Assembly: GCA_021786705.1 (NCBI GenBank)
Contig: JAJYMV010000055.1
Location: forward strand, 5,306-69,305
DNA: 64,000 nt
Origin: a bacterium
GTDB lineage: Bacteria; Vulcanimicrobiota; Vulcanimicrobiia; Vulcanimicrobiales; Vulcanimicrobiaceae
Direction: 5' to 3'
Position numbers and translations under genes: made by a program. Positions 9,975-19,028 of this stretch are shown in pieces. The notes under the pieces were generated by a model, which saw nothing but the letters and a program-made list of their open reading frames with translations, was not told the origin of the DNA and made no database searches. Each line of letters opens with the position of its first letter. The stretch's first letter is position 1.

Positions 9975-10958
9975 TCAGACGGGTATTAAAACAATCTTCC
10001 CGATATGTTCGGAAGATTCCAGCCGTTCGTGCGCTTTCTGCGCCTGCGAGAACGGAAAGACCGAATCAACGACCGGTGCGATCGGTCGACGCGCGCTGAG
10101 GAGCGGCCAGATCGCCTGTTGGAGATCTTCGGCAATCTGCGCCTTCTCGGCGTTACTGCGCCCGCGCAACGAGGAACCGATGATGCGCGCTCGCTTGCGT
10201 AGGAGAGTCGTAAGATCGAGCCGTACCTCGCTACCGCGCATCGTCGAAAGAACGACGACGCGCCCCTCGGTGGCGAGCGCTTCGAGATCGCGCGCGACGT
10301 AGTCGCCGCCGACGAGATCGAGAATGATATCGACGCCGCGTCCGTTGGTATACGCGAGGGTCGAAGCGACGAAATCCGTCGTCCGATAATCGATCGCCCG
10401 GTGCGCCCCGAGTTGGATCGCTTTCGCGCACTTGCGGTCGCTCCCCGCAGTCACAAAGACGCGAGCGCCCAATGCGCGCGCCATGCCGATCGCCATCGTG
10501 CCCAGCCCACTCGTACCGCCGTGAATCAACAGCGTATCGCCCGGCTCCATCACGGCGCGATTCACGAGGTTATCGTAGGCCGTGAATGCATTTTCGGGAA
10601 GCGTCGCTCCCTCGACGGCACTCCAGTTCTCGGGAAGCGGCAGCACGCTGCCCTCGGGCACGACGACGCGTTCGGCATAGCCGCCGCCGTTGCAGAGCGC
10701 GCAGACCCGGTCGCCGAGGCGCCAGCGTTCGACTCCGGGGCCGAGCGCGGCGACGCTCCCCGCAACCTCCAGGCCGAGGATCGGGCTATGCCCCGGCGGT
10801 GCCGGGTAGAGGCCGCGCCGGCCGAGCGCGTCGGCCCGGCTCACCCCCGCAGCCTCGACCGCGATCTGCACCTCGCCCGCTCCTGGAAGCGGCGCGGGCG
10901 CATCGAGGAGGCGGAGCACCGACGGGTCGCCCGGGGCGTCGAAGCCGACGTATTTCAT
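9975..10958 (-). CDS. NAD(P)H:quinone oxidoreductase (zinc-type alcohol dehydrogenase superfamily)
   Basis: Start refined to ATG 10958 (MKYVGFDAPGDPSVLRL...). GEVQIAVEAAGVSRAD, IHGGTSGLGTMAIGMA, HIGKIVL at the C-terminus. Confidence 0.85.
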   Translation of the reverse strand: MKYVGFDAPGDPSVLRLLDAPAPLPGAGEVQIAVEAAGVSRADALGRRGLYPAPPGHSPILGLEVAGSVAALGPGVERWRLGDRVCALCNGGGYAERVVVPEGSVLPLPENWSAVEGATLPENAFTAYDNLVNRAVMEPGDTLLIHGGTSGLGTMAIGMARALGARVFVTAGSDRKCAKAIQLGAHRAIDYRTTDFVASTLAYTNGRGVDIILDLVGGDYVARDLEALATEGRVVVLSTMRGSEVRLDLTTLLRKRARIIGSSLRGRSNAEKAQIAEDLQQAIWPLLSARRPIAPVVDSVFPFSQAQKAHERLESSEHIGKIVLIPV

Positions 10959-12004
10959 GGCTGCGCGCGCTCCAAGAACATCGCGTCGCCGAACGAAAAG
11001 AACCGATACGAGCGTTCCACCGCTTCGCGATATGCATCGAGCATGCGCTCGCGCCCGCAGAAGGCGCTGACGAGGACGAAGAGCGAGGAGCGCGGCAAGT
11101 GAAAGTTGGTGACGAGCGCATCGACGACGCGGAATTCGAAACCCGGCGTGATGAAACACGCGGTCGCGCCTTCGCCTGCGACCAAACCACCGCGCTCGAG
11201 CGCGCAGCCTTCGAGGGCACGTAACACGGTGGTGCCGACGGCGACGATGCGCCTTCCCGCGCGCTTCGCCGCCTCGATCGCGGCGACGCTCGCCGCGGGA
11301 ATCTCGTACCGCTCTTCGTGCATCGTATGCTCGTCGACGCGCTCGGTAGAGATGGGGCGAAAGGTTCCCAGGCCGATGTCGAGCACGATCGAGCAGCGTT
11401 CGATGCCTCGCTCGGAGATCCGTGCGAGCAATTTCGGGGAAAAATGCAACGATGCCGTCGGTGCCGCAACGCTTCCCGGCACGCGAGCGAAGACGCTCTG
11501 GTAGCGCTGCTGCGATTCTTCATCGTCGTTATGGATGTACGGCGGCAGCGGTAAGCGTCCGATCCGTTCGATCGTCGCTTCAAACGCATCGCGAAAGAAA
11601 AACTCGATCTCGCGCCGGCCGTCCTCGTGCGTTGCACGAACGATCGCCTCTCCTTCCTCCCCGAAGTCGATCTTCGAGCCGACGCGTATCCGGCGCCCCG
11701 GGCGAGCGAGCGCGAGCCAGCGACGCGCCGCGCCGTCGTAACGCAGCGAACCGACGGGGTGCAACAGCAGCACCTCGGCGCGTCCACCGCCGGCGAGCCG
11801 ACCGACGAGCCGCGCGTGAATCACCGCCGTTTCGTTGAGCACGAGGAGATCGTCGGGGCGCAACACCTCGTCGAGTTCGCGAAAGAATCGGTGGTGGCGA
11901 TCGCCGTTGCGCGAAACGACGAAGAGCCGGCTCTCGTCGCGCTCGCGCGCCGGGTGCTGGGCAATCGATTCGCGCGGGAGCGCGAAATCGTAGGCGGCGG
12001 TTAG
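10955..12004 (-). CDS. queA: S-adenosylmethionine:tRNA ribosyltransferase-isomerase
   Basis: The track ORF (from GTG 11866) carries LPLPPYI, APTASLHF, VAVGTTVLRALE and TNFHLPRSSL. The same frame continues upstream as TAAYDFALPRESIAQHPARERDESRLFVV, the conserved QueA N-terminus, with no ATG/GTG/TTG. The true start is unresolved; the end coordinate marks the minimal conserved extent. Confidence 0.85.
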   Translation of the reverse strand, partial: LTAAYDFALPRESIAQHPARERDESRLFVVSRNGDRHHRFFRELDEVLRPDDLLVLNETAVIHARLVGRLAGGGRAEVLLLHPVGSLRYDGAARRWLALARPGRRIRVGSKIDFGEEGEAIVRATHEDGRREIEFFFRDAFEATIERIGRLPLPPYIHNDDEESQQRYQSVFARVPGSVAAPTASLHFSPKLLARISERGIERCSIVLDIGLGTFRPISTERVDEHTMHEERYEIPAASVAAIEAAKRAGRRIVAVGTTVLRALEGCALERGGLVAGEGATACFITPGFEFRVVDALVTNFHLPRSSLFVLVSAFCGRERMLDAYREAVERSYRFFSFGDAMFLERAQP

Positions 12005-12387
12005 CCGTTCGTCAGTCGTTGCTGCTCGATCTCGATGAAGGTCGATAATCTTTTTGCGTCCTCCGGTGCGACCTCTATGAATTGGACGCCGATCTGAAAA
12101 GTTTCGTTCGCCGAGGGGCGGATCCAGCGCACCTGGCCTCGCATTCGGAGAAAAGGGCTCCGCTTCATCGTAATCGTGTATTTGGAGCCGACCGGAAGAT
12201 ACTGATCGACCATCGCACGCATGCCGGTCGGCGAAATATCGGCGATCGCTCCACGAAAGAGCATCGCCGAGAACGGATCCTCAACGACGATATCGATAAA
12301 TTTCCGCAAGCGTAGACCATATCGTTTGTTGGCGGCATCCCCTTCGTCGCCTTTGGTCACCGCTACGCGGTCTTTTCCGTCCGTCAT
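12001..12387 (-). CDS. PilZ-domain c-di-GMP receptor
   Basis: 128 aa carrying both PilZ signature motifs: RYGLR (RxxxR) and DISPTG (DxSxxG). Confidence 0.8.
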   Translation of the reverse strand: MTDGKDRVAVTKGDEGDAANKRYGLRLRKFIDIVVEDPFSAMLFRGAIADISPTGMRAMVDQYLPVGSKYTITMKRSPFLRMRGQVRWIRPSANETFQIGVQFIEVAPEDAKRLSTFIEIEQQRLTNG

Positions 12388-12397
12388 ACCCTCGTTC

Positions 12398-13399
12398 TCA
12401 GATTCGTCCGATGCTGGTTCCGACGAAATAGAAGCTCAAGATCTCTTGCGCGGAGCCTCCGGCGAGAGCGTAACCTCGCGCGCCCCATTGACAGAGACCG
12501 ACTCCATGCCCCAGGCCTCTCCCTTCGATATGGAGACCGGCAAAGGCCTGCGTGCCCGGGGTGAGGAGCGCCGTCTCTCGCCGAACGAGGAGGCTGGGGA
12601 TTCTACGCGCTCCGACATCGATGCGAAATCGCGATGCAGGAATTCGTGCGACGCCGACCGCGCCATGAAGCGCGACGGAACGTGCTCGACCGCTCCGATC
12701 GAGATCCGTAAAGCGTACTTCCTGCAGCGCGCCGACCTGCGGCGCGATCCTTTCGGCGACCGCATCGAGATCGGCGGCGAGCAGATCGGTTCTCCAGCGA
12801 AAGCGCGGCGAGCCGATACAGTAAGGACAGGGATGTGCGACGAGGTACGGGATCGGCGCACCGCCCCATGCATCGGCGGAGGATTCGCTGTAACCGCCGC
12901 AACACGACGAGTATTCGATCTGCGCGAATCCGTGGGCATAGCGCAACACCATCCCCGAAGTTCTCCGCACCGCCGCCGTACTCGCGGGTTGCTCGCTCTC
13001 GACGCCGCGATAGACCTGTGCGAGTTCGGAGGGAACGAGATCGTACGGGCGATTCGGATCGCTCCGTGCGAGGATAAATCCTCGCGAACAGATCGCCTGC
13101 GCCTCAAGCGCGGCGGCGGGCCAACTTGCGCTCATCTCCGAGGGCACGACACTGGCAAGATAATCGTCGAAGTCGACCTCGTTAATAACGCGTCCGTCGG
13201 CGAGAATCGAATACGAGCCGCGGTAGCGACGGCCGCCGAAGAGGAATCCGCCGGGAATCGGATCGACGGCCCCCCGCCCCAACAGCACGCGCAACGCCTG
13301 GGAACGGTCCCCGCCCCCTCCGAGCCCCTGCGCCGCAAGCGGCGTTGCGAGGGCGAGCCCAGCGAGCGCTCCGAGGAAGCTGCGACGAGGAACCTTCAT
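12398..13399 (-). CDS. SpoIID/LytB-domain protein with Tat-type signal
   Basis: N-terminal RRSFLGALAGLALA. SpoIID-like core ALEAQAICSRGF...YSSCCGGYSE...GHGVGLCQWGA. Confidence 0.85.
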   Translation of the reverse strand: MKVPRRSFLGALAGLALATPLAAQGLGGGGDRSQALRVLLGRGAVDPIPGGFLFGGRRYRGSYSILADGRVINEVDFDDYLASVVPSEMSASWPAAALEAQAICSRGFILARSDPNRPYDLVPSELAQVYRGVESEQPASTAAVRRTSGMVLRYAHGFAQIEYSSCCGGYSESSADAWGGAPIPYLVAHPCPYCIGSPRFRWRTDLLAADLDAVAERIAPQVGALQEVRFTDLDRSGRARSVALHGAVGVARIPASRFRIDVGARRIPSLLVRRETALLTPGTQAFAGLHIEGRGLGHGVGLCQWGARGYALAGGSAQEILSFYFVGTSIGRI

Positions 13400-14433
13400 A
13401 GCGCCGAGCGCCCCGCCTCCGTCACTCGACGTCCCGCCGCCGTGCGAACGATGTAGCCGCTCTTCAGCAGAAAGGGCTCGACGACGTCCTCGAGGGTCTC
13501 GGCATCCTCGCTGAGGCTCGCCGCGATCGCTGCGATTCCCGCAGGCCCCCCATGATACTGCTCGACGAGCGTGCGCAAAAAAGCGCGATCGAGCCGGTCG
13601 AGACCGCGTTCGTCGACGCCTTCGCGCGCCAATGCATCGACCGCGACCCGCGCGCTGATGCGACCGTCACCGCGAACCTGTGCGTAATCGCGCACGCGCC
13701 GGAGCAGACGATTGGCGATACGCGGCGTTCCGCGGCTCCGTGCGGCAATCGCCATACAGCCCTCGGGTTCGATCGGAACCTCCAAAATCGCCGCCGATCG
13801 CGCGACGATGCGTTCGAGATCGCTCACGTTGTAATAATCGAGGTGATGGACGATGCCGAAACGGTCGCGCAACGGCGCGGAGAGCATACCCGCCCGCGTC
13901 GTCGCTCCGACGAGCGTGAATCGTTTGAGCGGCAACTTCAACGTCCGAGCGTAGGCCCCACGATCGACGATAAAATCGATCTGAAAATCCTCCATCGCCG
14001 GGTAGAGAAACTCTTCCACGACGCGCCCGAGCCGATGCATCTCGTCGATGAAGAGCACGTCTCCATGTTCGAGTGAGGTGAGGACGCCGACTAAATCTTT
14101 CGGTTTGTCGAGCGTCGGCCCACTCGTCGGACGAATGCTCGCACCCATCTCGCGCGCGATGAGCGCCGCCAAAGTGGTCTTTCCTAAGCCCGGCGGTCCA
14201 TAAAACAACACGTGTTCGAGCGGTTCGTCGCGCCGTTGTGCGGCATCGATCGCGATGCGAAGATTTTCGACGACCTGCTCTTGCCCAACGTATTCGTCGA
14301 AGCGCCGCGGACGCAATCCGGCGCCGAGAACTTCGTCTTCGAGCGCACCCTCCGGGTCGAGCAGCCGCGTCGACTCATCGAGCGGTTCGGTATCCTCGGG
14401 CCCAAAGAGCCGCTTGCGTGCCTCCTCGCTCAC
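13396..14433 (-). CDS. ruvB: Holliday junction helicase RuvB
   Basis: LRPRRFDEYVGQ, Walker A GPPGLGKTTLA, Walker B LFIDEMHRL, GTPRIANRLLRRVRD. Confidence 0.97.
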   Translation of the reverse strand: MSEEARKRLFGPEDTEPLDESTRLLDPEGALEDEVLGAGLRPRRFDEYVGQEQVVENLRIAIDAAQRRDEPLEHVLFYGPPGLGKTTLAALIAREMGASIRPTSGPTLDKPKDLVGVLTSLEHGDVLFIDEMHRLGRVVEEFLYPAMEDFQIDFIVDRGAYARTLKLPLKRFTLVGATTRAGMLSAPLRDRFGIVHHLDYYNVSDLERIVARSAAILEVPIEPEGCMAIAARSRGTPRIANRLLRRVRDYAQVRGDGRISARVAVDALAREGVDERGLDRLDRAFLRTLVEQYHGGPAGIAAIAASLSEDAETLEDVVEPFLLKSGYIVRTAAGRRVTEAGRSAL

Positions 14434-15062
14434 GAGCGAGCCGCCGTAGGAACGCTGCGCCGTTCGTAGATCGCCGCGAGCAGACGCTCGGCATCCTCGA
14501 TTTCGGGGCGCGCATCGAGAACGTCGCGAAGCATTTTTTCCGCTTCTTGACGGCGATACTCCAATTGCAGCAGCACGGCGAGCGCTTCGTCGGCGAAATC
14601 GGGCATCCGTTTCGTCGACGGCTCGGGCGCCTCTTGAATCAATAAAAAGCGCGCGACTTTTCCCTGGAGTTTCGCAACGATATCGCGCGCCTTCTGTTGG
14701 CCGATTCCGGGAAGGGTCTTCAGAAAAGTGTGATCGCCGCGTTCGATCGCGGCAGCGATTTTATTCATCGGGACGGAGAACGCACGAACCGCCGAGCGAG
14801 GGCCGATCGACGAGACGCCGAGAAGCGCCTCGAAAAACGCGCGCTCGACCGAGTTTGAGAACCCGTAATACGAAAACCGTCCGCTCTTCTGTTCGAGTGA
14901 GAGCACCGAGTATATCTCGAGCCGCACGGGAGCGCCCGGTTCGGTTGGAAGTTTCTCGGCGACGCAGAGCGGCACGAGAATCTCGTACCCGAGACCGCCG
15001 ACGTCGAGCATCACGCGCTCGCCCTCGCGTTCGATGAGCCGCCCTTCGATTCGTGAAAACAC
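14430..15062 (-). CDS. ruvA: Holliday junction DNA-binding protein RuvA
   Basis: MFSRIEGRLIE...GLGYEILVP, helix-hairpin-helix LPGIGQQKARDIV. Overlaps the ruvB start by 4 nt. Confidence 0.93.
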   Translation of the reverse strand: MFSRIEGRLIEREGERVMLDVGGLGYEILVPLCVAEKLPTEPGAPVRLEIYSVLSLEQKSGRFSYYGFSNSVERAFFEALLGVSSIGPRSAVRAFSVPMNKIAAAIERGDHTFLKTLPGIGQQKARDIVAKLQGKVARFLLIQEAPEPSTKRMPDFADEALAVLLQLEYRRQEAEKMLRDVLDARPEIEDAERLLAAIYERRSVPTAARS

Positions 15063-15076
15063 GTTCGCGCCTCCCG

Positions 15077-15577
15077 TTACTGCAGATCGCCCGGCAACGA
15101 ACGCCGGGTGCTGCGCCGCGCAAATGCCAGGGCCAACGCAAGAGCGTCGGAGACATCGTTGGGTTCGGGAGCTCGCCGCAGGTGGAGCAGTTGTACCACC
15201 ATCGCATTGACTTGTTCTTTGCGCGCGCTTCCCGAACCGACCAACGCGCGCTTCACATACGAATGCCCCAACGTGGCGACCGGAACGCCGGCCTGCGCTC
15301 CCGCCAAACAGAGCACGCCGCGAGCGTGCCCCATGAGGATCGCCGTCGAGGGATTGCGATAGGTGGTATAGAGCTCTTCAATCACGATGTGGGTGGGAGC
15401 AGTCTGACGGATCGCACCCGATATTCCTTCATGCAGCTGCGCGAGCCGATCGCTCAAACTATCGCGGACGCGCGGCGCGATCGTCCCGGCTTCGATTAAA
15501 CTGAGCCGTTCGCCGTTCACGGCGATCGCACCATAGCCGGTGACCCGAAGCGCGGGATCGATGCCGAGAATCCTCAC
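15077..15577 (-). CDS. ruvC: crossover junction endodeoxyribonuclease RuvC
   Basis: MRILGIDPALRVTGYG...IEELY...DVSDALALAL. Confidence 0.93.
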   Translation of the reverse strand: MRILGIDPALRVTGYGAIAVNGERLSLIEAGTIAPRVRDSLSDRLAQLHEGISGAIRQTAPTHIVIEELYTTYRNPSTAILMGHARGVLCLAGAQAGVPVATLGHSYVKRALVGSGSARKEQVNAMVVQLLHLRRAPEPNDVSDALALALAFARRSTRRSLPGDLQ

Positions 15578-17628
15578 GATTTTCCATTCACGACGAGCGT
15601 CACGTTCGCTCCCGGCGCGAGCGTGGTACCGACGAGCGGTTCGGTATGCACGACGTCGCCGTTCGCACCTTCGGTCGTCGTATAGCGAATCGACCCGATA
15701 TGATATCCCGCATCTTCGAGCGTCGTACGCGCCTGCTCGACCGTCATCCCTTCGGTGTCGGGAACCTCGCCCGGTACCGCGACGGTAAGCGCGATACTCG
15801 AGCCCGGAGAGACCGTACTCCCCGCGCTCGGCTGTTCGGCGAGCACCGTTCCACTCGCTGCAGGATCGACGCTAAACGAGAGCGTCTCGAGCAGACCGAG
15901 GCGTTCGAGTTGCGCGCGCGCGGCATCGGCTCCGATACCGACGAGATTCGGAAGCGTCACCGCCGGCCCCACGTTCTCCGCCCCGGTGCTCACGACGACA
16001 TGCATCGTCGCGCGCTGCGCGATCGACTGCCCCGGTACGAGATCCTGCGACGCGATCGTGCCCGCGGCGACGCCGGGAATCGGGCTCTGCTGGACGATAT
16101 CGAGCGTGAGCCCCAACTGCGCGACGAGTTTTTGCGCGGCAGCGAGATCGAGCCCGACGAGGTTGGGCACTTCGATCGGTTTCGGCCCCATCGATACGAC
16201 GAGCACGACGAGTGAATGCGCGCGCGCCCGTGCGCCCGGTGCGGGGCTCTGCGCGACGACGCTCTCCTTCGCGGCGGCATCGTATCGACGTTCGATCCGT
16301 ACGTGGAAACCCTGTTCGCTCAGGCTACGCTGTGCATCGCCCGCCAAGAATCCGCGTACGTCGGGAAGGCCGACGAGCGGCAAGCCGTTACTCACGATGA
16401 GTTCGACGAGCGAATTCTTCTGCACCAGCGATCCCGGCGGCGGATTCTGGCGGATCACGCGATCTGCGGGGACGTGGTTACTCGGGCTTTGAAGAAAGCG
16501 CACCTGCAGGCCGTCGGCGACGATCGCCGCTTGTGCCTGCGCGACGCTCATATTGCGAAAATCGGCGAGCGCGATCCGGCCGCCGAGATTGTTGCCGAAT
16601 TGCCCGAAGATCGCAAAACCTGCGACCGCAGCAACGATGGCGAGAACGATAAAGAGCGGCACGATCGCCGGATTACTCCGCGTCACGGCGTTCCGACGCG
16701 GGACGTCGATGTTTCGGCGATCCGGGAGCGGCGAGCGGCGCGGCGGCAGCGGGCTTCGCAGCGTCGGCGGAGCGTCGTCGCTCGTGGCAAACGCCGCGAC
16801 GTTCGGACGTTCGCGCGCCTCCCGTAGCGCCCGCGCTAGGTCGCTCGCCGCGGCGAACCGATGCCCGGGCTCCTTCTGCAGCAGTTTATTGACGATCGCG
16901 GCGAGCGCCGGGCTCACGCCGCTCTCCGGGGGGATGACGGGAACCGGATCGCCGATATGTTTGATCGCGACGGCAACGGGAGAGTCCGCCGTGTACGGCA
17001 GTTCCCCCATCAGCATTTGGTACAACACGATGCCGACGCTGTAGAGATCGGAGGCCGGGGTCAACTCGCGGCTCTGCGCTTGCTCCGGCGAGAGATAATA
17101 CACGCTTCCCATGACCAAGCCGGGGCGTGTCATCGCCATCGTCTGCTCCGAGAACGCACGTGCGATTCCGAAATCGGAGAGTTTTACGACGTCGTCTTTG
17201 CCGACGAGAATATTCGCCGGCTTGATATCCCGGTGGAGGAGCCCTTGCCGATGCGCGTATGCCAGCCCCTGGCAAACCTGGGCGGCGTAATCGATGGCGA
17301 CGGGTTCGGGGAGACGCCCCTCGCTATTGATAATCTCCGCCAGCGAACAGCCGTCGACGAATTCCATAACGATGTAATAGATCGAATCCTCGCGACCGAC
17401 ATCGTAGGTGTTGACGACGTTGGGGTGCGAGAGGCGACCGACCGATTCGGCTTCTTGGTAGAAACGTCGCACGAATTCTTGGTCGGCGGCGTATTGATCG
17501 CGGAGCACCTTGATGGCGATGCGACGGCGCAAAAGCGCATCGGTGCCCGAATAGACGACCGCCATGCCGCCCTCGCCGATCCGTTCTTCGAGCCGATAGC
17601 GGCCCGCAATCGTATGCTGCTCGATCAT
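15574..17628 (-). CDS. Ser/Thr protein kinase with C-terminal PASTA repeats (PknB-type)
   Basis: Kinase motifs GEGGMAVVY, AIKVL, HRDIKPANIL and DFG. A TM helix, then repeated PASTA-like units (VPNLVGL, LPNLVGI, VPDTEGM). Confidence 0.93.
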   Translation of the reverse strand: MIEQHTIAGRYRLEERIGEGGMAVVYSGTDALLRRRIAIKVLRDQYAADQEFVRRFYQEAESVGRLSHPNVVNTYDVGREDSIYYIVMEFVDGCSLAEIINSEGRLPEPVAIDYAAQVCQGLAYAHRQGLLHRDIKPANILVGKDDVVKLSDFGIARAFSEQTMAMTRPGLVMGSVYYLSPEQAQSRELTPASDLYSVGIVLYQMLMGELPYTADSPVAVAIKHIGDPVPVIPPESGVSPALAAIVNKLLQKEPGHRFAAASDLARALREARERPNVAAFATSDDAPPTLRSPLPPRRSPLPDRRNIDVPRRNAVTRSNPAIVPLFIVLAIVAAVAGFAIFGQFGNNLGGRIALADFRNMSVAQAQAAIVADGLQVRFLQSPSNHVPADRVIRQNPPPGSLVQKNSLVELIVSNGLPLVGLPDVRGFLAGDAQRSLSEQGFHVRIERRYDAAAKESVVAQSPAPGARARAHSLVVLVVSMGPKPIEVPNLVGLDLAAAQKLVAQLGLTLDIVQQSPIPGVAAGTIASQDLVPGQSIAQRATMHVVVSTGAENVGPAVTLPNLVGIGADAARAQLERLGLLETLSFSVDPAASGTVLAEQPSAGSTVSPGSSIALTVAVPGEVPDTEGMTVEQARTTLEDAGYHIGSIRYTTTEGANGDVVHTEPLVGTTLAPGANVTLVVNGKS

Positions 17629-19028
17629 TTCGTTATCACCGCGAGCGCGCGCGCCAGGACTTCGCGCGCGATCGGTGCCGCGACCGTCGCTCCGTATCCC
17701 GCGTTTTCAACGACGATCGCCACCACGATCCGCGGCGACTGCGCCGGCGCGAAGCAGACGAACCAGGAGTCGGGCGCACCGTGCGGGTTTGTCGCCGTCC
17801 CGGTCTTCCCGGCGACGGTGACCCCCGGCAATTGGGCGGTCGTTCCGGTGCCCCATGCCACGACGGCTTCCATCATCGTGGTAACCTTCGCCGCCGTCTC
17901 CGCCGATACCGGGCTGCCTAACGGGCCGACCGGCGTACGCGTCAGAAGATGGCCCCGGCGTTCGATCGCGCGCACGATGAAGGGGCGTTCTTCGACGCCG
18001 CCGTTCGCAATCGTCGCCGCAATCGTCGCGATCTGCATCGGGGTCACTAAGAGCGCACCCTGCCCGAAGCCCATCTGCGCGAGCTCTCCGGCCCAGATAT
18101 GCGATTCCGGCGGGACGTATGCACGCGCCGTCGGCAGTTGAAAATCGAGCGAATCCCCGACCCCGTAGCGGCGCAGATACCGATAGAACGTCGGCGCGCC
18201 GGTTCGCAGGACGATCTGCGCGAAGTCGACGTTGCTCGAGAGTGCGAAGGCCTTCACGATCGTCCCCGCACCGGTCGCCTCATAATCGTTATCGTGCAGG
18301 CGCGCCTTCCCGATCGTGAGGTATCCCGGATCCTCAAAGACATCGTGCATGCCGACGCTGCCGCTATCGATCGCCGCCGACGCGGTAACCATTTTGAACG
18401 TCGAGCCCGGCGGGTAGAGCCCCTCGAGGGCGCGGTCGAGCAGCGGACTATCCTTTGCGTGTAAGACGTCGGAGAAGGTCCTATCCATGGTGTTCGGATC
18501 GAAACTCGGCACGCTGGCAATAGCGAGGACGGCGCCGTTGCGCGGATCGAGCACGACGCCGGCGGCCCGAGAGTGCCGCGCGAGCAGCCTCGCCAATCGT
18601 CGTTCGATTTTCGGTTGAATCGTCGTTACTAAATCATCCCCCGACTGCGGCGCGACGCGCCCGAAGGATGCCACAAAGTCGCGAATCTGTTCGATGGGGT
18701 TCGCCGAGTATGCCGGTTCGGCGAGTAACGCATCGTACGCTCGCTCCAGCCCGGCGGTCCCATATCGGCGAGACGCGTATCCGACGATTTGCGCGAGCGC
18801 CGAGCCCATCGGATAGACGCGCTTCGTGCCGTCGGTTGCGGCGAGCACGCTTCCGTCGGCAGCGAGAATGCGCCCTCGCCCGACGGCGATAATGCTGCGC
18901 CGCGGATTGGACCGATTCGCGGAAATACGCGGCGCATCCACGAGTTGCAGCCAGGCAAAACGCGCGATCAGTGCGAGAAAGAGCACCGTGAAGAGCGCCG
19001 AGATGCGTCCGAGGGAGCGTTGGTTCAC
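17625..19028 (-). CDS. penicillin-binding protein 2-type transpeptidase
   Basis: N-terminal TM helix. Active-site STFK (PPGSTFKMVT), SSN (LSSNVDF) and KTGT (GKTGTAT). Confidence 0.9.
   Translation of the reverse strand: MNQRSLGRISALFTVLFLALIARFAWLQLVDAPRISANRSNPRRSIIAVGRGRILAADGSVLAATDGTKRVYPMGSALAQIVGYASRRYGTAGLERAYDALLAEPAYSANPIEQIRDFVASFGRVAPQSGDDLVTTIQPKIERRLARLLARHSRAAGVVLDPRNGAVLAIASVPSFDPNTMDRTFSDVLHAKDSPLLDRALEGLYPPGSTFKMVTASAAIDSGSVGMHDVFEDPGYLTIGKARLHDNDYEATGAGTIVKAFALSSNVDFAQIVLRTGAPTFYRYLRRYGVGDSLDFQLPTARAYVPPESHIWAGELAQMGFGQGALLVTPMQIATIAATIANGGVEERPFIVRAIERRGHLLTRTPVGPLGSPVSAETAAKVTTMMEAVVAWGTGTTAQLPGVTVAGKTGTATNPHGAPDSWFVCFAPAQSPRIVVAIVVENAGYGATVAAPIAREVLARALAVITK

Noticed and set aside
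11990-12010. Programmed -1 frameshift fusing PilZ to QueA
   Set aside because: The queA frame is -1 relative to PilZ at the junction. However, the mRNA there (CUGACGAACGGCUAACC) contains no X-XXY-YYZ slippery heptamer, and I saw no downstream stimulatory structure.
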